NCBI GenBank assembly: GCA_020636535.1
Contig: JACJXT010000011.1
Coordinates: 712,680 to 776,679 of the forward strand
Length of the DNA stretch: 64,000 bases
DNA from: Chitinophagales bacterium
GTDB lineage: Bacteria; Bacteroidota; Bacteroidia; Chitinophagales; JADIYW01
Reading direction: 5' to 3'
Part shown: one piece after another, positions 45,214-56,020 of the stretch
How the letters are laid out: every line of letters begins with the position of its first letter
Position numbering within the stretch: the first letter of the stretch is position 1
Program-made: the position numbers and the translations under genes
The notes under the pieces: model-generated
Told to the model about the DNA's origin: nothing
Seen by the model: the letters and a program-made list of their open reading frames with translations, nothing else
The model's database searches: none

Positions 45214-46029
45214 CTACTGCTTTGCGTATTCAATTTTAACATACGCTTTTCCGCTACCTGTTTTTAATTGATTTACAACACCTAATGAAATTCTAGCAGC
45301 TATATTTTTGTTTTCGTCTATATCTGGTAATATTCCTAGTACTTTGGCATAGCTAACTTTACCATTGGCTAGATTCGTGATTTTTAAAATAGTACCTACT
45401 GGTGCAGTTCTGTGCAAAGCGTAATAGGCATATTTCATAGCAGGATTAGTTGTCGTCATCATGGCTATAGTTACTTCTTCCTTATCTATCTCTTTGTCTG
45501 TTGTTTGCTGTTGATAATTATCAAACAAAGGATGTTTTGGAACTACAATTGCACTATCTGTAGTAATTACTTCCAGTTGTTTTTTGCTTGGTTCATCACT
45601 TAAAATAACATCCGCTTTTTTATTACTTATTGTCTTCTTTGAACCAATAATCAAAGTATCACCAATAGTAATATTATTGTCCGATAAACTATTCCATTTC
45701 TTTAAATCATCTACACTAATATTGTGTTGCTTACTAATGCTATAAAGTGTTTCTTTAGCTTGAACTACATGCTCGTTTTTTGATGGTGTTTTATGCTCTA
45801 TTTTCTTGTCTGCTTTTTTTTCAGTAGGAATAATTAATTCTTGTCCTAATTTTAAATCTTCTGCTTTTAAATTGTTGTTGGCTTTAGACAAAGCATCTAC
45901 CGAAACATTAAATTGCTTAGCAATACTATACATGGTATTGCCTAATTGTACAGTATAGGTTTTATTAGATTGACTAAATCCAATATTGGCAATTAAAAAA
46001 GTAAATAGGAATAAAAAGTTATATTTCAT
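45214..46029 (-). CDS. LysM-domain peptidoglycan-binding protein with C-terminal RlpA-like barrel
   Basis: ATG at 46029 gives signal peptide MKYNFLFLFTFLIANIGFSQS. Two LysM repeats (YTVQLGNTMYSIAKQFNV; HVVQAKETLYSISKQHNI). Confidence 0.7.
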   Translation of the reverse strand: MKYNFLFLFTFLIANIGFSQSNKTYTVQLGNTMYSIAKQFNVSVDALSKANNNLKAEDLKLGQELIIPTEKKADKKIEHKTPSKNEHVVQAKETLYSISKQHNISVDDLKKWNSLSDNNITIGDTLIIGSKKTISNKKADVILSDEPSKKQLEVITTDSAIVVPKHPLFDNYQQQTTDKEIDKEEVTIAMMTTTNPAMKYAYYALHRTAPVGTILKITNLANGKVSYAKVLGILPDIDENKNIAARISLGVVNQLKTGSGKAYVKIEYAKQ

Positions 46030-46105
46030 TATTTTTACATTTGATGGAACTAATTTCATTTTGTTTTCGTTATAATTATTAATCATTTTTCAACATAAAG
46101 TGCAT

Positions 46106-47446
46106 ATGCAATACATTAAATCGGCTATTTTATTTTTGTTCATTACAATTGCAATAAGTGGTTATGCAAAAAGCGTACCTAATATTTATCAACTGCAATT
46201 AAAGCAAGAAATTGATAAAGGTGCTGTTAGATTAATTAATAGAGCAATAAAAGATGCCGAACAACAAAAAGCCGATGTTTTTTTATTAGAATTAGATACT
46301 TATGGTGGATTATTAGATGCTGCTGACGAAATTAGAACAACTTTATTAAACACCAAATTAAAAACTGTAGTTTGGATTAACAACAATGCAGCTTCGGCTG
46401 GTGCATTAATTTCTATTTCTTGCGATAGTATTTATATGAGTGACGGTGCTAACATTGGTGCTGCAACTGTGGTAGATCAAAATGGAGAGAAAGTAGCAGA
46501 TAAATACCAATCATATATGCGTGGTTTGATGCGTTCTACTGCGGAAACCAATGGCAGAGATCCAAAAATTGCAGAAGCTATGGTAGATGAAGATTTATCA
46601 GTTGAAGGAATAAATGATACTGGAAAAATATTAACTTTTACTACAACCGAAGCGATACAATTTGGTTACTGCGAAGGCAAAGCCAACGATATTCAAACAG
46701 TAAAAGATTTTTTAGGAATGCCAGATGCTAAAGTAACTGTACATAAAGTAACCACACTAGATAAATTAATTAACTTTTTGTTGAGTCCATTCATCAACAG
46801 TATTTTAATTATGATGATAATTGGTGGCATTTGGTTTGAATTAAAAGCACCAGGCATTGGTTTTCCTTTAGCCATAGCAATTTTAGGAGCAGTCTTGTAT
46901 TTCGCACCTTTGTATTTAGAAGGATTAGCAGCCAATTGGGAAATTGCCATTTTTGTAATTGGATTAATACTCATTGCTTTAGAAATTTTTGTCATTCCAG
47001 GTTTTGGCATTGCTGGTGTACTCGGAATTATTTTTGTAATTGGTGGATTAACGCTCAGTTTATTTGGCAATTTAAATTTTGATATTCCAGGAAATGCGAT
47101 GAGTGTGATTAGTAAAGCTCTGTTTAGAGTAAGTTTAACACTAGTATTTGGTTTTATACTGTTAACATGGCTTGGTGGAAATATATTTAATTTTCCTTTA
47201 TTTAATAAAATGGTGTTACAGTCAGAACAGAAAGCTACCGAAGGTTATACCATTAACCAAACGCATAGCGAAAACCTAATTGGTAGTATTGGTACAGCAT
47301 ATACCGATTTAAGACCAGCAGGAAAAGTTGTTATTGGCGAAGATATTTACGATGCCATTACCGAAGCTGAATTTATTTTAAAAGAGGCACCAATTAAAGT
47401 AATAGGTATTAGTGGTTATTCTTTAAAAGTAAGAAAAGTAAGCTAA
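46106..47446 (+). CDS. NfeD-family membrane-bound ClpP-class serine protease
   Basis: An N-terminal ClpP-like domain (DTYGGLLDAADEI, NNAASAGALISISCD) is followed by several TMs and a C-terminal NfeD OB-fold. Confidence 0.7.
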   Translation: MQYIKSAILFLFITIAISGYAKSVPNIYQLQLKQEIDKGAVRLINRAIKDAEQQKADVFLLELDTYGGLLDAADEIRTTLLNTKLKTVVWINNNAASAGALISISCDSIYMSDGANIGAATVVDQNGEKVADKYQSYMRGLMRSTAETNGRDPKIAEAMVDEDLSVEGINDTGKILTFTTTEAIQFGYCEGKANDIQTVKDFLGMPDAKVTVHKVTTLDKLINFLLSPFINSILIMMIIGGIWFELKAPGIGFPLAIAILGAVLYFAPLYLEGLAANWEIAIFVIGLILIALEIFVIPGFGIAGVLGIIFVIGGLTLSLFGNLNFDIPGNAMSVISKALFRVSLTLVFGFILLTWLGGNIFNFPLFNKMVLQSEQKATEGYTINQTHSENLIGSIGTAYTDLRPAGKVVIGEDIYDAITEAEFILKEAPIKVIGISGYSLKVRKVS

Positions 47447-48124
47447 TTGAAAATTTTAGCCATTATACCTGTACGATTTGCTTCTAGCAGATTTCCTGGA
47501 AAACCTTTAGCCAATATTGCAGGAAAAACTATGGTAGAACGCGTTTTTAATCAAGTAGAGCAGGTGCGTGGTATTGATGATATTGTTATAGCTACTGACA
47601 ACAAATTTATAGCACAATTAGCTTTAAGTTTTGGTGCAAAAGTAATAATGACATCTACTGAAATAAAAAATGGCACAGAACGATGTGCCGCTGTTGTAGA
47701 GCAATTAAATGATGCTTACGACTTTGTAATTAATATTCAAGGTGATGAACCATTTATACAACCACAACAAATAGAAGAATTAATTGCAATATTTGATAAT
47801 GAACATCAGATTTTTACACAAGCAAAAAAAATATCAGACAAAAAAAATATTGATAATAAAAATATAGTAAAAGTAGATATTAAAAATAATATTGCAATTG
47901 ATTTTAGTCGAACAGCAAATTATAATTATAAGCATATTGGTTTGTATGCATATACTACAGCAACATTATTAGCTATTGCTAAATTGCCACCAAGTGCAAA
48001 AGAAATAGCACGCAACTTAGAACAATGGCGATGGCTAGAAGCTCACTACACTATAAAAGTAGGTCTTACAAATTATACATCAAAAGCTATAGATGTTTAC
48101 GAAGATTTGTTTTTGGAGTGGTGA
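47447..48124 (+). CDS. kdsB: 3-deoxy-manno-octulosonate cytidylyltransferase (CMP-KDO synthetase)
   Basis: 225 aa with TTG start, ILAIIPVRFASSRFPGKPL and NIQGDEPFI. Confidence 0.8.
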   Translation: MKILAIIPVRFASSRFPGKPLANIAGKTMVERVFNQVEQVRGIDDIVIATDNKFIAQLALSFGAKVIMTSTEIKNGTERCAAVVEQLNDAYDFVINIQGDEPFIQPQQIEELIAIFDNEHQIFTQAKKISDKKNIDNKNIVKVDIKNNIAIDFSRTANYNYKHIGLYAYTTATLLAIAKLPPSAKEIARNLEQWRWLEAHYTIKVGLTNYTSKAIDVYEDLFLEW

Positions 48125-48243
48125 GATGGTTAGAAATAAGATTTATAGTGTAGCAACTTTTTTGTTTTTATTTCTGGATTTAATAGAGTTAAGCGAAGCT
48201 AATATTTAAACCAATCTACTACAATGCTAAATAATTAGGTCTA

Positions 48244-48612
48244 TCAATACTTGTCCATTTTCATGGTAAGGTAAATACTGATGATTCTCGACCATCTGAA
48301 AATAAATGGTAATAGTAATAATAGTATAATTGCGTTGGCAATAAGATAGATTTCCATTTTTTCAAAGAAACCAAAAATTAGTCCTGCTATTACAAAATTA
48401 ATCAAGCAAAAACCAACACTCAAGGCATAGCTTACATACATTGAAAACCAATAAAAACCTGTTTCATTGCGTACATCAAAATTGCATTTCGGACAGTAAT
48501 CGTACATTTTATCAATGTCATTAAAATTGTACGGATTTGTATTCTTAAACAAATTTTGTGATTTGCATTTTGGACATTCGCATTTGGCAATTGATGTTAG
48601 TGTTTTAAACAT
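48244..48612 (-). CDS. DUF983-like zinc-ribbon membrane protein
   Basis: 122 aa with CPKC...CPKC followed by two TM helices. Confidence 0.5.
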   Translation of the reverse strand: MFKTLTSIAKCECPKCKSQNLFKNTNPYNFNDIDKMYDYCPKCNFDVRNETGFYWFSMYVSYALSVGFCLINFVIAGLIFGFFEKMEIYLIANAIILLLLLPFIFRWSRIISIYLTMKMDKY

Positions 48613-48843
48613 GATGCAATTTTGTGCTAAGATAGGGTTTTACCAAATTATTTTGTGTGATAGAAGTTACATTTATAATAAATGTCAGTATAGAATACTA
48701 TTTCTGAAAGATAATACAAGTGTATTAAGTAATAAGCGTCTTTTACCTTTTATCTTGATATCTACCTTTCGTTAGACAGGCAAAAGCTAACTAAAAAATC
48801 AAGATTGCAATAAATGTTAAATTATAATAAATAATATTTTAAC

Positions 48844-49392
48844 TTACAATATGTCAGATTTATCAAAATATTCTGTTTGGTTAATTTTTACTTTAACTGG
48901 AATAAAACCTAATGCTTTTACTTTTACATAACCTTTGTAATCTACTCGTACTTGTTTGCCTGTAGCAAGTTTCCAAAAAGTGCTAGAAAATTTGCTTAGT
49001 GTAGCACCTGTTTTAACTGAAATTTTTACTGGTAAATCAAAATTAGATTGCTTGGTGACTGGAATAATTTCAGCATCGTCGAAAATTGTACCTAGCAATT
49101 TGTCTTCTACAAAAACATCAATTACAATTTCGGTAACTTTTACTTTTACTTTATACGGATTAAAAATAACGCAAGTAATACCTAAGTCGATAGTAGATAA
49201 TGAGAAATCCTGAATTTTAAAATCTTTGGTTTCTACTAAATAGGGTTCTTTGTTAATTTGTTCATCTTGTACTTCAATGGCAATATCATTATCTTGTTTT
49301 TTATTAGATTTTTTATCATCATTACCAGTGAATGCAAGTGTGCTAATTAATACTAATAGTGTTGCAAATAATATGTTTAATTTATTCTTCAT
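48844..49392 (-). CDS. LEA type-2 (NDR1/HIN1-like) domain lipoprotein
   Basis: 182 aa with signal peptide and a beta-sandwich-like pattern (IDLGITCVIFNPYKVKVKV...VDVFVEDKLLG). Paralogous to the upstream gene. Confidence 0.45.
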   Translation of the reverse strand: MKNKLNILFATLLVLISTLAFTGNDDKKSNKKQDNDIAIEVQDEQINKEPYLVETKDFKIQDFSLSTIDLGITCVIFNPYKVKVKVTEIVIDVFVEDKLLGTIFDDAEIIPVTKQSNFDLPVKISVKTGATLSKFSSTFWKLATGKQVRVDYKGYVKVKALGFIPVKVKINQTEYFDKSDIL

Positions 49393-49933
49393 TAGCTGAT
49401 TGCGCTGCTTCTTTTTCTGCTTTTTTTAATTCTTTCTTAGCTTTCTTCATTTCTTTCTTACTTGCCTTTTTTTCATCTTTCTCGGCTTGTTTATCATGAT
49501 AGTCGATTGCTTCTTTATATTGAATAGGTATAACAAATTCCTTGCCATCTTTTGCAATCATGGTTAAGTCGCCTTCTAATTCTACTAAATAAACATCTGC
49601 TGGAACTTGGTTTTCTGCTACAATTTCATTTTTTTCAAAATTGTATTTAAACGGAATGCTAAACTCTGTATTTGGTTTTACTGCTTTATATTCTTTTTCT
49701 TTGATAGTGCCAATCGGTTTGCCATCAATTCTAAGTGTTAAAATTAAATCTTTTACGGTTAACTCATTTTCAGAGATGTTATGAAACAGCATAATACCAT
49801 TTATTTTTGGATTGTTTTTTTGCAGATTACTGAATTTAACATCGACAGTTTTTTTATACTCAATTGCAGTTTCTTGCTTACAAGCTGAGAATATTAGTAG
49901 AATAGTTATAAAAGAAAATAGTGTTTTTTTCAT
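49382..49933 (-). CDS. LEA type-2 domain lipoprotein with K/E-rich tail
   Basis: 183 aa with lipobox LIFSAC, LTVKDLILTLRIDGKPIG, and the tail KQAEKDEKKASKKEMKKAKKELKKAEKEAA. Confidence 0.45.
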   Translation of the reverse strand: MKKTLFSFITILLIFSACKQETAIEYKKTVDVKFSNLQKNNPKINGIMLFHNISENELTVKDLILTLRIDGKPIGTIKEKEYKAVKPNTEFSIPFKYNFEKNEIVAENQVPADVYLVELEGDLTMIAKDGKEFVIPIQYKEAIDYHDKQAEKDEKKASKKEMKKAKKELKKAEKEAAQSANEE

Positions 49934-50004
49934 GATTCAATTTTCAACAAAGTTAAAGAAGTCTATTGCTATACAATAATTTTAATTGTGAAAAATAGTA
50001 AAGA

Positions 50005-50100
50005 GATTGCTAGATTTATAGAAACAAGAGTCTAGATTTTTAGATTGCTAGACGCTTGTTTTATAACGGAATCTATCATACAACAAGATTTAGATTCCTG
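50005..50100. repeat. Inverted-orientation copies of the ATCTAAAAATCT/TCTAGCAATCT intergenic repeat family
   Basis: The reverse complement of 50005-50053 reads GTCTAGCAATCTAAAAATCTAGACTCTTGTTTCTATAAATCTAGCAATCT. The reverse complement of 50081-50100 reads CAGGAATCTAAATCTTGTTG. Confidence 0.45.
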
Positions 50101-50189
50101 TTTTCGTAGGTAGATAAATACACAACGAGTTAATCTACTAGAACAAAACCTTCTGACTTCAAATGAATTAATGACGAATAACTAATTTA

Positions 50190-52094
50190 CTAAATCAAAT
50201 TGTAGCTTCTTTTAATGAAGTTGGTTAATGCTTCACCTTTTAACAGTCCTTGTGATAGTTTTGCTAAATCGATACTCTGACCAATAATTTGTTTTTGAGC
50301 TGCTTCATCTTTTGTCGTAATAATTTTTTCTATCAACGGATGATTGGCATTGACAATTAAGTTAAACATATCTGGCATATTTCCCATAAACATATTACCA
50401 CCACCAGTTGCTTGCATGTCTTTCATTCTACGCATAAACTCAGCTTGTGTAATCATAAACGGAACAGCATCGCTATCTAAACCTTCAATTTGTATTGTAT
50501 AACTTGTATTGTTGAGTGTGTTTTTTATGCTTTCTTCTAGTTGTTTTTGCTCTTCTTCGCTCAGCTTGATAATTTTTTCGTCTGTTTTTTTAATTAGATT
50601 ATCAATATGGTCGGCATCAACTCTTACGAAACTCAATTTTTCGTTTTCGCTTTCTAATTTCTGAATTAAATGTGTGATAATAGGAGAGTCTAACAACAGT
50701 ACTTCGTATGCTTTTGCTTTCGCTGTTTCAATATAACTGTGTTGTTTCTCTTTATCAGATGCGTATAATAAAACCAAGTTGTCGTCTTTATCAGTTTGTA
50801 GTGCTTTGGTTTTTTCTTTTAATTCGTCTAGTGTAAAGTACTGATTATCTACCGTAGGAAATAAATTGAATTTTTGTGCTTTTTCAAAAAACTTGTCTTC
50901 TGTAAGCATACCATATTCAATCACTACTTTAATATCATTCCACTTGCTTTCAAAATCTGCTCTATCTTTGTTAAACAGCTCTTGCAGTTTATCAGCTACT
51001 TTTCTAGTAATGTATGATGATATTTTTTTGACATTGCCATCTGCTTGTAAATAAGAACGAGAAACATTTAAAGGAATATCTGGTGAGTCGATAACACCTT
51101 TTAGCATAGTTAAAAAGTCTGGAACAATGCCTTCTACATTATCTGTAATAAATACTTGATTTTGATATAATTGTATTTTATCTTTTTGAATTTGTAGATT
51201 ATTAGATAATTTAGGAAAATATAAAATTCCAGTTAAATTAAATGGATAATCGATGTTGAGATGAATATGAAACAATGGTTCTTCAAACAACATTGGATAT
51301 AACTCATGATAAAATCCTTTGTAATCTTCGTCTGTTAGTTCAGATGGAGTTTTTGTCCATGCTGGATTTGGATTATTGATAATATCATCAACTGTAATTT
51401 TTCTGTGTTCTTCTTTCGTTTCTTTTCCTTCTTCGTCTGTAATAGTTTGTGGCTCGTGTGTTGGATCATTAATTTCTTTTGAACCAAACTTAATTGGAAT
51501 TGGCATGAATTTATTGTACTTCATCAATAAAGCACGAATTCTACCTTCTTCTAAAAACTCTAAAGAATCGTCGTTAATGTGTAAGATAATTTCTGTTCCT
51601 CTGTCGGTTTTATCACTTGGTTCTAGTGTGAAATTTGGACTACCATCGCACGACCAATGTACTGCTGGTTCGTCTTTATAACTTTTGGTAATAATTTCTA
51701 CTTTGTTGGCAACCATAAACGCAGAATAAAATCCTAAACCAAAATGACCAATAATTCCTGCATCTTTGTCAGCATCTTTGTATTTGTTTAAAAATTCTTC
51801 TGCACCAGAAAAAGCCACTTCGTTAATGTATTTCTGAACTTCTTCGGCAGTCATACCAATACCTTGGTCTATAATGTGTAGTTGTTTTTTGTCTTTGTCA
51901 ATTTTTATTTCTATGATTGGATTGCCATATTCTACTTTCGCTTCGCCTATATTACAAAGGTGTTTTAGCTTTAATGTAGCATCGGTGGCATTACTTACTA
52001 ATTCTCTTAAAAAGATTTCGTGGTCGCTGTATAAGAACTTTTTTATCAGCGGAAAAATATTTTCTACGGAAACATTTATTGTACCTGTTGTCAT
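50190..52094 (-). CDS. htpG: Molecular chaperone HtpG (Hsp90)
   Basis: 634 aa with LRELVSNATDA, GHFGLGFYSAFMVA and the full middle and C-terminal domains. Confidence 0.95.
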   Translation of the reverse strand: MTTGTINVSVENIFPLIKKFLYSDHEIFLRELVSNATDATLKLKHLCNIGEAKVEYGNPIIEIKIDKDKKQLHIIDQGIGMTAEEVQKYINEVAFSGAEEFLNKYKDADKDAGIIGHFGLGFYSAFMVANKVEIITKSYKDEPAVHWSCDGSPNFTLEPSDKTDRGTEIILHINDDSLEFLEEGRIRALLMKYNKFMPIPIKFGSKEINDPTHEPQTITDEEGKETKEEHRKITVDDIINNPNPAWTKTPSELTDEDYKGFYHELYPMLFEEPLFHIHLNIDYPFNLTGILYFPKLSNNLQIQKDKIQLYQNQVFITDNVEGIVPDFLTMLKGVIDSPDIPLNVSRSYLQADGNVKKISSYITRKVADKLQELFNKDRADFESKWNDIKVVIEYGMLTEDKFFEKAQKFNLFPTVDNQYFTLDELKEKTKALQTDKDDNLVLLYASDKEKQHSYIETAKAKAYEVLLLDSPIITHLIQKLESENEKLSFVRVDADHIDNLIKKTDEKIIKLSEEEQKQLEESIKNTLNNTSYTIQIEGLDSDAVPFMITQAEFMRRMKDMQATGGGNMFMGNMPDMFNLIVNANHPLIEKIITTKDEAAQKQIIGQSIDLAKLSQGLLKGEALTNFIKRSYNLI

Positions 52095-52201
52095 AATTAT
52101 TTAAATTTTACTTAGGATAAATCAAGTTGAATGCCAAAGTAGTAGACAATGCCAAGATGACATTTCTGCTATAGATTTTAATTGGGTTTAGTTTTAAAAA
52201 C

Positions 52202-52993
52202 TTACTTTACGCCAGGCAATATTTTTTTGAGCATATTGCCCATTAAATTTTTAGATAAGTTACGATTTAAGATTCTAGTATTTAAAAATACTTGTGTTTT
52301 GTTAATCATGCCTGGTACTACAAAAGCTTCTTTGCCTAAACTGTTTAATGCTATTTCAACTACTGGTTTTGCTTCCATTAACATTGGTCCTTCTTTCATG
52401 CCTTTAGTCATTTCCGATTTTGTCATTCCAGGACACAATGCCAATACATCTACATTTTTGCCTTTAAATTCGTAGTTCAAACTTTCTGCTAAAGACAAAA
52501 TATAAGCTTTGGTAGCAGCATAATGAGATAAGTATGGATGTGCGTTAAAGGCACTTACAGATGAAGTAAAAATTATACCACCTCTTTTTTGTTTAGTTAG
52601 TATTTTTCCAACTTCATAAGCTAAAATAAAAGGAGCTTCTACATTCAATTTTATCATATTGATATTGCGTGGTAAACTACCTCTATAAAAATGACCTTCG
52701 CAATTCATGCCAGCATTGTTTACCAATAAACCTATATTTTTATCTTTTATAAATTCAAGAATTTCGTTTTGAAAACCATCTTGTGTTAAGTCTATAGACA
52801 ATACTTCAACATTAACACTAAACGATTTTACAAGGTCGTTTTTTATTTTTTCTAACTCTTCTTTTCTTCTAGCAATAAGAATTAAATCTAAACCTTTAGC
52901 AGCAATTTGATAAGCAAATTCCTTACCAATACCACTTGATGCACCAGTGATTATTGCAACATCACCGTACTTTTCTTTGAACTTTTTAACCAT
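52202..52993 (-). CDS. Short-chain dehydrogenase/reductase (SDR)
   Basis: Start moved to the ATG at 52993 (MVKKFKEKYGDVAIITGASSGIGKEF). Also NNAG and YAATKAY catalytic motifs. The longer ORF would overlap the divergent M13 gene. Confidence 0.85.
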   Translation of the reverse strand: MVKKFKEKYGDVAIITGASSGIGKEFAYQIAAKGLDLILIARRKEELEKIKNDLVKSFSVNVEVLSIDLTQDGFQNEILEFIKDKNIGLLVNNAGMNCEGHFYRGSLPRNINMIKLNVEAPFILAYEVGKILTKQKRGGIIFTSSVSAFNAHPYLSHYAATKAYILSLAESLNYEFKGKNVDVLALCPGMTKSEMTKGMKEGPMLMEAKPVVEIALNSLGKEAFVVPGMINKTQVFLNTRILNRNLSKNLMGNMLKKILPGVK

Positions 52994-53051
52994 AACAGCG
53001 TTTCTTTTAAAAAATGATTGATTACTTTTGACCTCGTAAAATTTAAAGATA

Positions 53052-55142
53052 ATGAAAAAAATAGTTTCAATATTATGTGCTATGCTTATTTTAACTAATG
53101 TTATTAATGCCGTACCATGTAAAAAGAAAAAGAAAGGAGCAGAAAAAACTGAGAACACGCCAATATCTGTAACTGAAGTTGCTGATTTGGCTAAAGTGAA
53201 ACCTATTAATCCGTTAGAATTGAGTTCGGATATTAGACCACAAGATGACTTTTTTGAGTATGTTAACTCAAAATGGATAGCAGAAAATCCAATTCCTAAT
53301 GATAAATCGAGTTATGGTGCGTTTCATATTTTAGATGAAGAAAGTAGAAATGCTATCAAAACGATTATGGAAGAAGCTAAAACTAGCAATCCGAAAATGG
53401 GAAGTAATGAACAAAAATTGAAAGACTTTTATATTGCTGGATTGAATACGGATAAAATTAACCAGCAAGGGTTACAACCAATTCAACCATTAATTGATGA
53501 GTTAAATAGTGTAAGCACTACACAGCAATTGGTAAAAGTAATGGGAGAATTTCAAACGATGGATATTGCAACTCCTTTAGCATATTATGTTGGTCAAGAT
53601 GCTAAAAAATCTGATGAATATATTGTTTACTTAGTACAGTATGGTTTGGGTTTACCAGATAAAGATTATTATTTTAGAACAGACTCTAACTCAGTTAATA
53701 TATTAAAGAAGTACGAACAGTATATTGAGTCGGTGTTTAAAAATACCAATCAAAGCAATGCTAAAGAAAAAGCACAAACAGTTTTAAAAATAGAGAAACT
53801 GTTAGCCAATGCTGCTTTAAGTAGAGTAGAGCAAAGAGACCCAGAAAGAGTGTATAATAAATTTTCATTGGAAGCATTAGAAAAAACTTATCCAAATTAT
53901 AATTGGAAAACTTATTTTAATGAATTACATATAAATAATCAGAAAGAATTTGTGCTAGAGCAAACTAGACATATGCAAGTATTTGATAGTTTGTTAACGG
54001 CTATTCCTTTAGAGGAATGGAAAGATTATCAATATTTTCATTTAGTAAGTGGTTTGTCTAGTTATTTAAATTCAGATTTAGAAGATGCTAAATTTAACTT
54101 TTATAATAAAACACTTTTTGGTCAGCAAGAAAAACAACCAAGATGGAAAACAGTGATAGACAATACCAATACTTATTTAAGAGATATCGTTGGACAAGAA
54201 TATGTGAAAAGATATTTTTCAGAAAATGCAAAAACTAGAGTTACAGATTTAATTAAAAATTTAAAACTAGCTTTAGCAGATAGAATTCAACAATTAGATT
54301 GGATGTCTGATACCACAAAAACTCAAGCATTAAACAAATTAAATGCTATAAATGTAAAAGTAGGTTATCCAGATAAATGGAAAAGTTATAACGGCTTAAA
54401 TATCAATCAAGATGCATATGTAACTAATATATTAAATGTAAGAAAATTTGAAAACCAAAGAGGCGTTGATAAATTAGGTAAGCCAATTGATAGAACAGAA
54501 TGGGGAATGGGACCACAAACAGTAAATGCTTATTACAATCCGTTGATGAATGAAATTGTATTTCCTGCTGCAATATTGCAACCACCTTTTTTCTTTGAAT
54601 ATGGAGATGATGCTGTAAACTATGGTGGAATTGGTATGGTAATAGGTCATGAAATTACACATGGTTTTGATGATCAAGGTGCTCAATATGATGCAGAAGG
54701 TAATTTAAAAAATTGGTGGACAGCAGCAGATCAAGCTAATTATGATAAGAAAACAAAAATATTTATTGATCAATATAGTGGTTACTATCCAATAGATAGT
54801 GTGCCTATAAATGGAGAATTAACGCTTGGCGAAAATATTGCTGACTTAGGTGGAATGTTGATTACTTATAATGCATTACACAAAGCTATTGATGGTAAAA
54901 AAATAACTACAATAGATGGATTTACACCAGACCAAAGATTTTTTATTAACTACGCTCAAATTTGGAGAGGACATTACCGACCTGAAGCTTTAAAACAAAG
55001 ATTATATTCTGATGTACACTCACCAGGAAAATATAGAGTAAATGTAGTATTGAAAAACTTACCAGAATTTTATAAAGCATTTAATGTGAAATCTGGAGAT
55101 GAAATGTACTTGCCTGATGCAGAAAAAGCAACAATGTGGTAG
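53052..55142 (+). CDS. pepO: M13 family zinc metallopeptidase (PepO/endothelin-converting-enzyme-like)
   Basis: 696 aa with VNAYYNP, HEITHGFDD, GENIADLGG and a C-terminal W. Confidence 0.9.
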   Translation: MKKIVSILCAMLILTNVINAVPCKKKKKGAEKTENTPISVTEVADLAKVKPINPLELSSDIRPQDDFFEYVNSKWIAENPIPNDKSSYGAFHILDEESRNAIKTIMEEAKTSNPKMGSNEQKLKDFYIAGLNTDKINQQGLQPIQPLIDELNSVSTTQQLVKVMGEFQTMDIATPLAYYVGQDAKKSDEYIVYLVQYGLGLPDKDYYFRTDSNSVNILKKYEQYIESVFKNTNQSNAKEKAQTVLKIEKLLANAALSRVEQRDPERVYNKFSLEALEKTYPNYNWKTYFNELHINNQKEFVLEQTRHMQVFDSLLTAIPLEEWKDYQYFHLVSGLSSYLNSDLEDAKFNFYNKTLFGQQEKQPRWKTVIDNTNTYLRDIVGQEYVKRYFSENAKTRVTDLIKNLKLALADRIQQLDWMSDTTKTQALNKLNAINVKVGYPDKWKSYNGLNINQDAYVTNILNVRKFENQRGVDKLGKPIDRTEWGMGPQTVNAYYNPLMNEIVFPAAILQPPFFFEYGDDAVNYGGIGMVIGHEITHGFDDQGAQYDAEGNLKNWWTAADQANYDKKTKIFIDQYSGYYPIDSVPINGELTLGENIADLGGMLITYNALHKAIDGKKITTIDGFTPDQRFFINYAQIWRGHYRPEALKQRLYSDVHSPGKYRVNVVLKNLPEFYKAFNVKSGDEMYLPDAEKATMW

Positions 55143-55173
55143 TATTTTAATTTAAGATACGCAATGATATTAG

Positions 55174-55210
55174 ATTCCGTTCTGAAGTTTTTTAGAACGG
55201 AATTTTTATT
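55174..55210 (+). terminator. Rho-independent terminator after the M13 peptidase gene
   Basis: 10-bp perfect stem ATTCCGTTCT / AGAACGGAAT (55174-55183 and 55194-55203) followed by TTTTTATT. Confidence 0.7.
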
Positions 55211-55276
55211 ACAAGTCTGATTGTTGAAATTTACTTTTTACTAGTAATTTATAAGTAGATTGTTTGTAGAATTTGT

Positions 55277-55882
55277 TTACCAAACTCGAGCAATCAATAC
55301 TATTCCAAATAGAATTAAAATTACTGCAGCCACTTTTTTTACTAATACTAACTTATTTGTTGTTAATTGTTTTATAAGAATATTAGCTAATTGAATTTTG
55401 AATAAATCTAATAGAGCAACTGTTAAAAGCATAGCAAAGTAAAAGGCAACTTTTTCTAAAAGTGTATAATTTAATGCAAGCAACATACCATATATGCTTA
55501 GCCATAATACAAATACAAACGGATTAAAGATGTTAATACTGATGCCTTTTGCAAAAGCTTGTCCAATTTTTTTAAAATTAAGTTGATAGTTGTTGTTGGT
55601 ATTCCTTTTTGAAAACCAAGCACTTATGCCGAATAAAACTAAAATAAAGCCACCAATTATACCACCTATTTTCATTGTAGAAGTGGAAATAGTAAAGGTT
55701 TTAAAAATTAAATTGACTATTATAATATAAATAATATCACTAAACCAAATGCCGCTGGCAAAAATAAAACCTGTCTTTCTACCTTTTTCAATAGTTGTTT
55801 CTAGCAATGCAAAAACGATTGGGCCAATTAAAAGACTAATACTTAAACCAAAAAATAATCCTTTTATAATAGCACTTAGCAA
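55277..55882 (-). CDS. LysE family amino-acid exporter
   Basis: 201 aa, six hydrophobic segments, N-terminal GLSISLLIGPIVFALLETTIEKGRKTGF. Confidence 0.75.
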   Translation of the reverse strand: MLSAIIKGLFFGLSISLLIGPIVFALLETTIEKGRKTGFIFASGIWFSDIIYIIIVNLIFKTFTISTSTMKIGGIIGGFILVLFGISAWFSKRNTNNNYQLNFKKIGQAFAKGISINIFNPFVFVLWLSIYGMLLALNYTLLEKVAFYFAMLLTVALLDLFKIQLANILIKQLTTNKLVLVKKVAAVILILFGIVLIARVW

Positions 55883-56020
55883 AACTAAAATTTAGAATGG
55901 TAAAGCTACTAAAAATAAAGTTTGATGTCATTTTATGGTATTAACTTGTCGTTTTTCATTTTTTACACGCTTTTACTTGTAATGGTGTGAACCTATTTTA
56001 GGACAAGACAACTTTATAAT

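Noticed and set aside
52994-53158. 55-aa N-terminal extension of the SDR ORF
   Set aside because: The extension is hydrophobic junk that overlaps the divergent M13 peptidase gene. The ATG at 52993 places the GASSGIG cofactor motif at the normal distance from the N-terminus.
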